A DNA stretch of 64,000 nt from a virus (taxonomy: Duplodnaviria > Caudoviricetes): the IMG/VR virus record IMGVR_UViG_3300020137_000001, positions 6,386 to 70,385 of that record, one strand, 5' to 3'. The translations under genes were made by a program, and so were the position numbers. Of the stretch, positions 53,690 through 62,839 are shown in pieces. Position 1 is the stretch's first letter; the number at the start of each line of letters is the position of its first letter. The notes under the pieces are model-generated. The model was not told where the DNA came from. It saw nothing but the letters and a program-made list of their open reading frames with translations, and did not search any database.

Positions 53690-54076
53690 CTACGCCGCGT
53701 CACTGCCACCGGTGTCGTCACCGCCACCGGTGCCGCCGTCGCCCTCGCCGCCTGCGCCGCCGCCATCACCGCCATCGGTCGCGTCGGGCACGAGATCATC
53801 TACCGCCTTCAGCTTGTCGGCGATGCCCTGAGCCTGAGCCGCGATGGCGTCGATCTGAGCCTGCTGATCAGGATTGCCAGCTTCGAGTTGTGCGATCTTG
53901 TCAATCAATGATTGAGTCTCGGCGCCGATCTTGTCGACTTCGGTGCTGATGTTTGTGAGAGCCGTCTGAATGTCTTCGAGCTTCGCCATTAGTCCCTCCA
54001 ATAATCTGGTGTTGCGCCGAACAAAGGTTTCTAAGCGTCGCATACGCTCGGCTTGTACGCGAAAGCAACTGAACAT
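53690..54076 (-). CDS. Coiled-coil protein with Gly/Asp tail; two in-frame RBS-supported starts (54076 and 53989)
   Basis: GGGGGAG before 54076 and GGAGGG before 53989. Confidence 0.6.
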   Translation of the reverse strand: MFSCFRVQAERMRRLETFVRRNTRLLEGLMAKLEDIQTALTNISTEVDKIGAETQSLIDKIAQLEAGNPDQQAQIDAIAAQAQGIADKLKAVDDLVPDATDGGDGGGAGGEGDGGTGGGDDTGGSDAA

Positions 54077-54093
54077 TGATTCGTCTCCCCCTA

Positions 54094-55053
54094 CTATGCG
54101 GGAATGAAGATACAACGACAGCGCACGTGCGCGGGTATCAGAGACCGCGCGCGATCGATCTTGTACGGTCCGTTCTCTGATATGCGCTCGCACACCGGGC
54201 AGACCTTGTCATCTTCCGCTGTCTCGACGTTCACGCGCTTGATACCGGCGAATGCGGACTCAACGCGCCTGATGCGACCTATGGTGGACGCGCTCGGTGT
54301 TCGCTTTCGCGACGACCTGCTGCCAGGACCAGTGCGACGAGACGCGTCGTCGATATCAATCGAGTCAGTCGTGCGTCGCGCTGCTCTCGTCTCGGGAACC
54401 AGACCGACCTGAACAATCCCCGATGACTGATAGATGTCCAGTGTGGCCTCACTGAATGCTCTCACCACCAGAAGTTCGATCATCGCGTCAGACCTGGACA
54501 CGCCGACCTTGTCGATGATGTCCTGTATCTGACTCGCCAGCTTCGATGCTCGTGTGTTGACGAGCAGACCGCCTGCCACCGCGCGCACTGACTGCTGACT
54601 CACGGCTTCGATGATCCCTTGAAGTTCAACGTATGACAGGGCAGATAGAGTCCCAACTCTATCTGCTCTGTCAATTGAATCTTCCGGCCGTCGCGCTTCA
54701 CCAAGTTCATTCTCCGCATGAACCACACCGGCGTCGTATCCCGCTCGAATAAACGGACGCGCGATGCCCTCATCACTCAGTATTACCTGTTGAAGCACTG
54801 AGTCGATCCAGCGCTGAAATACCTGAGTCGCCGTTGCACCACCGAGCATCGCACCGACAGACACCGACGCCGTTGTGCCACGCCCGAGACCAAGAATATT
54901 CTGCTCCACAAGCGCTGCGCGAACCATCACGCGCGCGCGTCGCCACTTGGCATTGAGCAGCACACGAAACCTACGTCGAATGTCGGCGGTTCCCGTCGGG
55001 TCACGCTTCGACTTCGCAGCATCGCACGTGCAGATCGTGACTCTGTCGAGCAT
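54094..55053 (-). CDS. Head morphogenesis protein (Mu gpF/SPP1 gp7-like)
   Basis: RDPTGT, C-terminal D.KVCPVC...IPAHVRCRC; TGATG overlap with gcrA. Confidence 0.8.
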   Translation of the reverse strand: MLDRVTICTCDAAKSKRDPTGTADIRRRFRVLLNAKWRRARVMVRAALVEQNILGLGRGTTASVSVGAMLGGATATQVFQRWIDSVLQQVILSDEGIARPFIRAGYDAGVVHAENELGEARRPEDSIDRADRVGTLSALSYVELQGIIEAVSQQSVRAVAGGLLVNTRASKLASQIQDIIDKVGVSRSDAMIELLVVRAFSEATLDIYQSSGIVQVGLVPETRAARRTTDSIDIDDASRRTGPGSRSSRKRTPSASTIGRIRRVESAFAGIKRVNVETAEDDKVCPVCERISENGPYKIDRARSLIPAHVRCRCIFIPA

Positions 55054-55760
55054 CAGGCCGTTGCTACCGCCGTACCTATCGGCATCGGCTTGACTGGCAA
55101 CGATTGAAACGCGCGCTTCGCATGATCCTTGCAATACGAACGATGCCACAGCGTTCCACCGCAGAAACGAGGAGTCTCACCAGACGCGTACATCGGCCAA
55201 TGACACGAGTAGAACTTGTGATCCTCAAACGCGACACCCCCGCTCTCCGGCATCACGTCATTGTGGATCACCGGCACAGCTCGCTCACCATCGCGATCTG
55301 TTCGCAGTTTCGATAGTCGCTTGGTGATCGCCTGAGGTGAGGTCGAAATCGCATACTTGGTTCGCAGTCGATACCCAATTTGAGTCGGCGTGTCACCTTG
55401 TGCGCTGTACCGAAGCAATGCTGCATCGATCTCAGGAGTCCAGGTCGCAGCACTCGTGCTCGCTTTCACCTTCAGCTTTGGCGCGACCTGACGAATCTGA
55501 GCCTCACGCTCATTGTTCTCGCTCAATCTCATCCGATGAACCTTACCTAACACCATGTTCTTGGTGATCTCAGTGTTGAAATCACTCGACAGTGTTTCTG
55601 CGATTCGCATCATCGATATCCCGCGAGACCACAGTTCAGTCATTCGATCGACGATGTTCTGGCATTCAGTCCAGTTCTGCCATCGCATCACACCGTCCAC
55701 ATCCACCTTCACCATGCCAGCGTGTGGCGGTTCGTCGATCTTGTTGTCAATATCACTCAC
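55053..55760 (-). CDS. gcrA: GcrA-like cell-cycle regulator with duplicated N-terminal HTH
   Basis: WT....VD.M..LWSRG.S...IA..L.....TKNMVLGKVHR; second WT.E....L...G.T..QIG; C-terminal CHWP...FCG....SYC..H. Confidence 0.75.
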   Translation of the reverse strand: MSDIDNKIDEPPHAGMVKVDVDGVMRWQNWTECQNIVDRMTELWSRGISMMRIAETLSSDFNTEITKNMVLGKVHRMRLSENNEREAQIRQVAPKLKVKASTSAATWTPEIDAALLRYSAQGDTPTQIGYRLRTKYAISTSPQAITKRLSKLRTDRDGERAVPVIHNDVMPESGGVAFEDHKFYSCHWPMYASGETPRFCGGTLWHRSYCKDHAKRAFQSLPVKPMPIGTAVATA

Positions 55761-57823
55761 GATGTTTCCCCATCATTGTCTTCGACGTGTTCAACGTCGT
55801 CGCGAACCTCTTCAAATATTTCAGGACCGAGCTCAATAACACCGTCGTACGGTACGATTTTGCGAAGATCGAGACCAAGCGGGGGCTGATACGTGAACGT
55901 GATATGCGGTGTGTAGTCCTCGTGATCCCACGACGCGCCGTGCTCACGCGCTGACGCGTTGCGCCACTGAAGAGCTGAATTGCTGAACGCCAGCACGACC
56001 GCACCCTCTCCGAACTTCTCGATCACGCGAGGACCCCCGGCGCGCACTGTCAGGTATCCATTCTCATCATTACCCCAGTCATCGTTCCCGATCCGGAGCC
56101 AGTCGACCGGGTTGCGTGAGTAGATGACCGTGACGTGTAGATCTTCGATTACGGTCTCGAAACCCTGCGCCTTGGCCCACTTGACAATGTCACCATTGTT
56201 CAGCACGTCGCGTCGAACGTAGAGTGAACGAGGAGTGGACGACGCGTCGAACAATGCCGAGTCGCGCACCCTGCGCGCCATGGCCGCGATTGGGGGCGCT
56301 CCACCGTCGGACGCTCGTGTCACCGCCCGAGGTGGAGCTGCCGGTGACTTCTCGGGGAATTGAGAAGCTTCGCCACCGGGTTTGTTGAGCTGAGCGGCAA
56401 TCAACGCCGGGTCAAGCTCGTTGTTCTCTTCATTGTCTTCGTTCTCGAGGTCAGGATCATCGTCGAACTCATCGATGATCGACTCAAGCCCTGGATACGT
56501 GCCATCCTCTATAAGTTGAGCTTCGCGCGCCTTCTTGAGCACGACCTCGTTGATCAATCCCATGTTGAAATCGATCTGCGCAATGTCGGCCTTGTTCTTC
56601 CATACTGTTGCTTTCTCGGCCTCGGTGAGCTGCCACAGCGGATTCCAGTTGTAGAATATCTGGTCAGCCGTTTCAGACTTCATGCTGCCGAGCGAGCTTC
56701 GAATGATCACCTCGTCGAGCCGACGCATGTCAGGCTGTATCTCGTTCTTCTGATGAGACGAGCAGCGATCATAGTAGTTTCGCGTGTCGCTCTCACCAGT
56801 CGAGCTCAATCCTGCAGGTGACTGACCAACGAATCGCGTTGCAGGAATGTCGAATGCGCCGCTCACGATCAGTAGAAATAGTTTCTGAAGATCAGGAAGT
56901 CCGGCAAAGTTTGCCTGAATGCGTTCCCATTCTTCATCTTTATCCATCACCATCGTGCGATAGACCGATTTCGCCACATTGGCGAACGAGAACCGCCGCT
57001 TGAGATCGCTCTCGTATTCTTCAGTCGCAATGTGTTTCGACAGGCCGGGAATCTTGATCACGTCGACCTTCGATTCTGCGACAAGTTGTGCACCGGTATT
57101 GATTGCGAGTCCCGCACCGATCACCGCCTCCTGCACAATCTGAAGTACACTGTCACCCCATCCACCAACTGACGGGCTAAGATTGTTCAGGATCGGCGCT
57201 CCGATGAACCGCACGATACGCGACGGGTGAATGCGCGCAGACGAAGTGACACCGACAACATTGGCACCGCCCCCGGCCATGTAGTACTCTGGTTGCCCAT
57301 AAAATTCTGACGTGATGTCACGAACCAGCGGGCCAGACGTCAGCTCGTGTCGACTCACAGAATGCAGGAACTTGAGCGATCCCTTGCCAACCCTGTCGAC
57401 GTTGAGCGGTTGATCAAACGACTGACCATCGTCAACTCCGATGATCATCGCACCGCCACCGTACAATCTGGAGCGCTGAAGGGTCATCATCGTCTTGCGC
57501 TGAACGAGAAACTTTTTCTCGGTCGCCTCGATCTTGGTTATGTCGCTCGGGTCTGCCTGCCAAGCACGCCATTCGCGTGTTGCATCGAAGGCCGGAATAT
57601 CAACACCCTTGCGTGTGATCCAGTCACTTCGATATGCGGCGTCTATCTGAGCCTGACTCATCTCAACGAACACGAACGCCGTGCTTGTCAACTTGTCGGC
57701 GTCTGTTCCAAGCCCACTCATGGCATTGCGAAGCCCGTCTGTCGTTGGCATGGCGCGCCGTATTGACGGCGCCGAAGCGGGGGCTTGATTCCCGACTGAT
57801 CTAACTGGTCGCCTTCTAGACAT
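55757..57823 (-). CDS. Portal protein (DUF1073) fused to a C-terminal Acb1-like 2H phosphoesterase
   Basis: AYRSDWI.RK.VDIPA.D.TREWR, SRLYGG, G..IP.TR..GQSP.G; C-terminal DLHVTVIYS and YTPHITF (two HxT motifs). Confidence 0.85.
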   Translation of the reverse strand: MSRRRPVRSVGNQAPASAPSIRRAMPTTDGLRNAMSGLGTDADKLTSTAFVFVEMSQAQIDAAYRSDWITRKGVDIPAFDATREWRAWQADPSDITKIEATEKKFLVQRKTMMTLQRSRLYGGGAMIIGVDDGQSFDQPLNVDRVGKGSLKFLHSVSRHELTSGPLVRDITSEFYGQPEYYMAGGGANVVGVTSSARIHPSRIVRFIGAPILNNLSPSVGGWGDSVLQIVQEAVIGAGLAINTGAQLVAESKVDVIKIPGLSKHIATEEYESDLKRRFSFANVAKSVYRTMVMDKDEEWERIQANFAGLPDLQKLFLLIVSGAFDIPATRFVGQSPAGLSSTGESDTRNYYDRCSSHQKNEIQPDMRRLDEVIIRSSLGSMKSETADQIFYNWNPLWQLTEAEKATVWKNKADIAQIDFNMGLINEVVLKKAREAQLIEDGTYPGLESIIDEFDDDPDLENEDNEENNELDPALIAAQLNKPGGEASQFPEKSPAAPPRAVTRASDGGAPPIAAMARRVRDSALFDASSTPRSLYVRRDVLNNGDIVKWAKAQGFETVIEDLHVTVIYSRNPVDWLRIGNDDWGNDENGYLTVRAGGPRVIEKFGEGAVVLAFSNSALQWRNASAREHGASWDHEDYTPHITFTYQPPLGLDLRKIVPYDGVIELGPEIFEEVRDDVEHVEDNDGETS

Positions 57824-57829
57824 GATGCC

Positions 57830-59419
57830 TCACAGATGCCGAGCCCACTTCATGGACTCATCATATGAATTGTCGGTCTGCGCGAGCTGAGCGAACGCCC
57901 CCGCTCCTGCATCGACCTGATCCTTGTACTTGCCTGATGGGAACGCCTCGTGTTCGTCGAAGAACGTATCGTTCCACTTCTGATTGCGAAGCACGGCGAT
58001 GTTGCCGCCCTGCCACTGCGCCGCGTATGGATCCGCTCGCAGTTCCTTGCTGCCGGTCACCTTGTCCTTGAATACTGGATACCCGGCGAGCATCTCTATT
58101 GTACGTTGCGCTGACTCTAGTCCACCGCTTCCTGGCTCCTGCTCGGTGACAATGCGAACATTGTGCTTGCCGAAGCGCTCGGCGTCGGTCGCCGCTGTCT
58201 GCTTGATCACGCGCTCGCGATCCCAGGCATTCCACTGCCCCCGCACCACGTCGCTGATGAGCCAGCCCCCTGACTTGAGCGAATGCATCCTGACACCACA
58301 CGTGAATGCACCGCCGTCACTCGTGCCTGCCTTGTCCCAGTATCGGACCGTTGCGCGAATCTCCTTGTCCTCCGGCATGGCCGAGCGAACCTGAACGCTG
58401 CTGACCGGAAACATGCCGCCGCCAACCACGATTGGACTCTGCTGATACAGCGAAGCCCATGATGCGGCAGTGTATAGCTTGCGACGTTCAAGCAGGAAGT
58501 CGAGAGACTTGAACTCGGGAAATAGCGGCACGTCGAGCTCGGTTCGCCTGTCATATTCTCTCTCGATAGACTCGCGAGTACTCAGCGCAGGATAGCTGAT
58601 GACCTTCGCGTCTGGAAACTGAAGCACGAACCTGCCTGTCGGATCATCAAGGTCCCATCGCGTCGCTGTCAGGATCATGCCAGCTCTGTCAGTGAACCGC
58701 GAGAAGAAATCATCGGTGAACCACAACCAGATCTTGTCGCGCTGCGCCTTGCTGCTCGCCGCCTCGCGCCCCTTGATAGGATCGTCGATGAACCCGGCAT
58801 CGAGCGACTTGCCGTTAATCTGACCATTGATGGTCGTGTTGCGGAAGCTGCCCTTGTGATCGACGAACTCGACGAAACGTGAGTTACGTTTTGCCCGGTG
58901 AACCTGCGTCACGACGTTCGACTTGCCGATCTTAGTGTCCGGGAACACGAGATCATATCGCTCATCGTCCATCGTGCGCTGAATGTGTGAGTTTGCGGTG
59001 ACGCCAAGGTCACTGGAAAAGCTCGCGTAGATCATTTTCAGGTTCGCGTTCTTTCCGGCGAACCACGTGATGGCGTCGTGCATTCCGCGCGACTTGCCGT
59101 GCTGCGGCGGTGCTTCGATCACCATCTTCGGGCGCTTGCCAGCCTCAAGGTCAAGGTAGAACTGCTGAAGATGATCACTCAGGTCACGCGCGAACCAGCC
59201 GCGAATCATCGACTCGTCCATGAAGTTTCGATATGCCCACAAACTCTCTCTTGCCTGCGCGGCGTAGTATTCGACGATCAGGTCAAGGTCGTCATCGGTG
59301 AGGCTCGCCATGCGACGAAGTTCGGTCGCACTTATGCGCTGCGCGCCGCTGCGAACTCGCCTGTCGAACAGCGACATCAAACGAGATGCCTCGGCCTGCC
59401 GCTGGTCGTCTCGCGACAC
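57830..59419 (-). CDS. terL: Terminase large subunit
   Basis: PPQHGKS Walker A, FIDDP Walker B, YWDKAG and DQVDA nuclease motifs. Confidence 0.93.
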   Translation of the reverse strand: MSRDDQRQAEASRLMSLFDRRVRSGAQRISATELRRMASLTDDDLDLIVEYYAAQARESLWAYRNFMDESMIRGWFARDLSDHLQQFYLDLEAGKRPKMVIEAPPQHGKSRGMHDAITWFAGKNANLKMIYASFSSDLGVTANSHIQRTMDDERYDLVFPDTKIGKSNVVTQVHRAKRNSRFVEFVDHKGSFRNTTINGQINGKSLDAGFIDDPIKGREAASSKAQRDKIWLWFTDDFFSRFTDRAGMILTATRWDLDDPTGRFVLQFPDAKVISYPALSTRESIEREYDRRTELDVPLFPEFKSLDFLLERRKLYTAASWASLYQQSPIVVGGGMFPVSSVQVRSAMPEDKEIRATVRYWDKAGTSDGGAFTCGVRMHSLKSGGWLISDVVRGQWNAWDRERVIKQTAATDAERFGKHNVRIVTEQEPGSGGLESAQRTIEMLAGYPVFKDKVTGSKELRADPYAAQWQGGNIAVLRNQKWNDTFFDEHEAFPSGKYKDQVDAGAGAFAQLAQTDNSYDESMKWARHL

Positions 59420-59577
59420 TCGCGAGCTTCAAGGGACGCCGCGATCGAACCCAGACACGAGAGAACATGCGACGCCAGCGGCACGAGATGACGAACCGCG
59501 CGCACGTCATCGTTGCGATTCACGCTGTTGACTAACACCTCGACGTGTTCCTTGATCTCTTTGTCTGTCAGTCTCAT
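59377..59577 (-). CDS. Small hypothetical protein
   Basis: ATGA overlap with the terS stop. Confidence 0.5.
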   Translation of the reverse strand: MRLTDKEIKEHVEVLVNSVNRNDDVRAVRHLVPLASHVLSCLGSIAASLEARECRETTSGRPRHLV

Positions 59578-60209
59578 TCGTCGTCCTCGTCGAAATCCAG
59601 GTTGTCGAGACCGTCGATGTTGTATCGCTGTCTCGTCTCAGTGTCCAGCTCCACCTTGTCGAGTGGATCAGCTCTGGTCCCCGGCACGCGTTCGGCGACG
59701 CGATCGGCCTCAAGCTCGATGAGAAGCGGGGGTACTGGAATGCCGCGCGACCTCAGCTTCTCCGCCGCCTCCTCCGGTGTCATCCTCTCGCGACGCGTGT
59801 CGTCGACCTCGATCTGGGTCGGCATGATCTTCATCAACATTCGAGCGAATATGCTCGGTTCGGCGCGCGCGAGCCACGCGAGATATCCAACCATTTCGTC
59901 CGTGCCCTTGCCATCGCGACCGCAGAGATTTGCCGCGATCAGCACGGCTTCGCGCACTCGATAACTCATGGTCACGTGGCTCTGCATGTGACCCGGTGTG
60001 ATGAAATATTTCGGGTCCTTTGCGTTCTTCGCAATGCGTTCGGCCTTCTGCCTTGGCATCCTGCGATTCGCCTTCTTGGGTTGCTTTCGGCCCTTCCTGA
60101 GGCTGACATCGTCAGGATCTACAGCCTTCAGCTTATCTTCAAGAACCTTGCGCGCTGCCGCGACCATGACCATGACTCGATCACCACTCCCCATCGCACT
60201 CTGTCGCAC
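59574..60209 (-). CDS. terS: Terminase small subunit (probable; start may be 60173)
   Basis: VREAVL.AA...G..G.....GYL.WLA..EP..F..ML.KIMP.QI pattern; upstream of terL. Confidence 0.6.
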   Translation of the reverse strand: MRQSAMGSGDRVMVMVAAARKVLEDKLKAVDPDDVSLRKGRKQPKKANRRMPRQKAERIAKNAKDPKYFITPGHMQSHVTMSYRVREAVLIAANLCGRDGKGTDEMVGYLAWLARAEPSIFARMLMKIMPTQIEVDDTRRERMTPEEAAEKLRSRGIPVPPLLIELEADRVAERVPGTRADPLDKVELDTETRQRYNIDGLDNLDFDEDDE

Positions 60210-60321
60210 CGTCGATACTGCGACAGCGCGTCAGTCCGTTGATTATGAATGAAATGCGAGCTTCGCCATTGCCCCTCCGCAGAGGAACCTCAGGTGCAGG
60301 GCTCAGTCACTCGCTCGACCA

Positions 60322-60852
60322 TCAAGTGAGGTCGCACACCGCGTGAGTCGATGTCACTCGCTGCCCGAGAAGCGAGTAGATCACCTCACAACGCGCATCG
60401 TCCAGCATTCGCGAGAACTCGCCTCCGACACCGGCGAATCTCCCGCATCGCGAACGAACGACGTCCCCGACGCGGAAAACACGAACACATGGATCGACGA
60501 AATAACCGAGAGAGTCGACACTCCACGTCATGAAGAACTGGATATCAACATCGCTGACACGCGACGGACGTCCGGCGCTCATGAGCAGAAAAGCAGCGCT
60601 TCTCGCGGATCGGATAGCAGGCCATGCATCGTTAGCTCGGACGAAGACATAGCCGGGAAACAGGGGAACGACACGACGCTCGCCGCGTGAGTTTCGCGGC
60701 AGTCGCGTCAGTGGATACTCGCACTCGAACCCAAGCGCGCGTAGTTCGCGTCGCGCGTCAAGCTCACATCCGTCCCACGTGGAGACGACGAACCAGTCGA
60801 GCTTCAAGAGCCGACTGCGAGAGAGCGACGATGAGCGACTGCGGCGTGACAA
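60322..60852 (-). CDS. NusG/RfaH-like transcription antiterminator
   Basis: WFVV.T..G.E, PLFPGYVFV (NGN domain), FRVGD.V....G.F.G..G (KOW), V..SLLG. Confidence 0.8.
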   Translation of the reverse strand: MSRRSRSSSLSRSRLLKLDWFVVSTWDGCELDARRELRALGFECEYPLTRLPRNSRGERRVVPLFPGYVFVRANDAWPAIRSARSAAFLLMSAGRPSRVSDVDIQFFMTWSVDSLGYFVDPCVRVFRVGDVVRSRCGRFAGVGGEFSRMLDDARCEVIYSLLGQRVTSTHAVCDLT

Positions 60853-61423
60853 CGAGCGAGATCCCCTTCCCTGCGCTGACCAGGAGCGAGGCGAGATCCC
60901 CGTGGGCTAGATGGAGCCCGATGGAGAGATTCCCGTCCGAGATCCCCCGGTGAGTGATTCCCCCTGCCACTCGACGCGACGGAATGGGGCCGATTCGGGT
61001 AGCGATTTTTGGTTTAGCCCACTGCCGTCGTCGTGGCAAGCGAAAAGATTTTTGGAGCCTCTCACGCGTGTGCGTGTGCTGCGCATCACCACGTCGAGCG
61101 AATCGGGGGTTGGATTTCGGCGACTCCCTCACGTGTGCACGTTGGCAGTGAGCGTAACGACGTCGCGGCGAATTCGGTTCGGTGCGGTTCGTTAGCCGAT
61201 CGGCCAGCATCGCCCGGCACCGGTGTGAGCTGACGTTAGGCGCAAGTTCGCAGGATCACATCGTACCTGCTATGATGGCACGCACGTAGGGGCAGGACCA
61301 CCTCATTGAAATTTCTACCTACGCCCCCGCGCGCTGTCAGAGGGTCAAATTATCTGGAATCATTGGGGTTTTTGCCCCCGATCATCGATTGAATGCGATC
61401 GCATCGCGTCGATAGAAAAATCG

Positions 61424-61754
61424 AAATTTGACAAATTTGATTTCTTTGCCACAATTCGCGCCCGTCACGCTAAACTGTGGCGGTCGGTGTACATAAGGAG
61501 TACAAAGGTTGTCGAGATCATGGCGCTTGTCAAATAGGTAAATATACCTCCTTTTCATCAACATCCAAACGCGACCCTTTTTCCATTCCACTTTACCCGC
61601 CACACGTGTGCCCCCGCACCCTCTCCCACGACCCCTCACCCGCCACACGTGTGCCACCACACCACTCACTCGTATCAACCCTACTCGGTGCACAAAGCAT
61701 CAGTTCTAAGGTTTTAAGCCTGTGCATAACTGCCCCAAAAACCTGTGCATAACT
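61424..61754. promoter_or_regulatory. Candidate replication origin/genome-end region: AT-rich repeats, 18-bp direct repeats and two DnaA-box-like sites
   Basis: AAATTTGA x2 (61424, 61433); ACCCGCCACACGTGTGCC x2 (61595, 61638); CCTGTGCATAACT x2 (61719, 61742), containing TTATGCACA = TTWTNCACA. Confidence 0.5.
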
Positions 61755-61915
61755 TTTTCAACCGTCGCCAGCCGCACCCTGCCCCCTGCCCCCGCCACCA
61801 TGGCGCGCTTGCTTCCACCCCTGCCCCGCGCCACAATGCCGCCACACCATTCATCTCCGTTCACTCACTCTATCCACCTCACTCCAATTCTTCCGCAGAG
61901 AAGGAGTCTTTCAAC

Positions 61916-62443
61916 GTGTCGCTTCGCGCTCACCTGCCGGTCATAGCTCATCTCGATCACCGCTGTCCAGCCATCGCCTATCTTCTGCGCGTCCATTTCG
62001 CGCTACCGTCCAGCCCCCCGCTCATCGTCGCGCTCTCATCATCTTCGCATGATCAGGCAGACCTCGTCCTCGCGCTCCTTCGCATATCGTCCGCACCGAA
62101 TCTTTCCGCGACTCTCGTGACGCGCGCCCGCTCAGTCATCGCCGCTCTTGTCGGTCACCCCATCATCATTTGCCCGCCGTATCAGCGTTCAATCACGTTC
62201 TATTCAAATTCTTCTCGTTCTAGGTCACGTTCGCCGATCATCACATATGTTCAGCCAGACCCACCACTGCGACGCTCAACCGGCATTGCTGACGCATACC
62301 GAGAGTTCAGGCTTGGTCGAACGCGTCAACAGCTTCTGTGTCGTGGTGTCAGTCGCGGCGACATTCGCCGTGCGACCCGACGCGGCTGGATCAAGTTCTC
62401 GGTTCCAGTTTCATCATGTCAAAATAGTGGAGTACCGTCATGA
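61916..62443 (+). CDS. Hypothetical protein (GTG start inside ORF 61745..62443)
   Basis: Strong RBS AGAAGGAG; stop overlaps the next ATG (ATGA). Confidence 0.5.
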   Translation: MSLRAHLPVIAHLDHRCPAIAYLLRVHFALPSSPPLIVALSSSSHDQADLVLALLRISSAPNLSATLVTRARSVIAALVGHPIIICPPYQRSITFYSNSSRSRSRSPIITYVQPDPPLRRSTGIADAYREFRLGRTRQQLLCRGVSRGDIRRATRRGWIKFSVPVSSCQNSGVPS

Positions 62444-62838
62444 CAAAGAAAACTTCGAGAGAGGAGATCGACCGCATCACCGATGTCGTTAGACACGCGC
62501 CGCCAACGCTCAATCCGGACAGGAAGCCGCAGACGTCGATAGAACACGTCAAGGAATACATGCTCGACGTCACTCCAATTCCGGATCTGATCGAGGGTGA
62601 ACTGGCCGCTGTTCTGGAGCGTGAGGGCATCAAGAGCGTCTATGACAACTGGGCAGATGCCAAGAGCATCGCCGTGGCATTGTCTGACGTTGGCGGAATC
62701 GACAGTGTGACTGTCGTGTCCAGGAACACGAGAATCACCGTCTTCAGAAGCGAGGTCTGGAAGAACGGCAAGTGTGTGTCGATGAATGGTGGTATAACTG
62801 AATTGGATCGCGAAGGCAAGAAATCGAAGGACACGTGA
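62440..62838 (+). CDS. Hypothetical protein
   Basis: Coupled plus-strand array. Confidence 0.6.
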   Translation: MTKKTSREEIDRITDVVRHAPPTLNPDRKPQTSIEHVKEYMLDVTPIPDLIEGELAAVLEREGIKSVYDNWADAKSIAVALSDVGGIDSVTVVSRNTRITVFRSEVWKNGKCVSMNGGITELDREGKKSKDT

Positions 62839-62839
62839 C

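Noticed and set aside
55390-55420. Additional TTGCTTCGG promoter
   Set aside because: Inside gcrA, and the -10 position reads TGACAC, which does not fit
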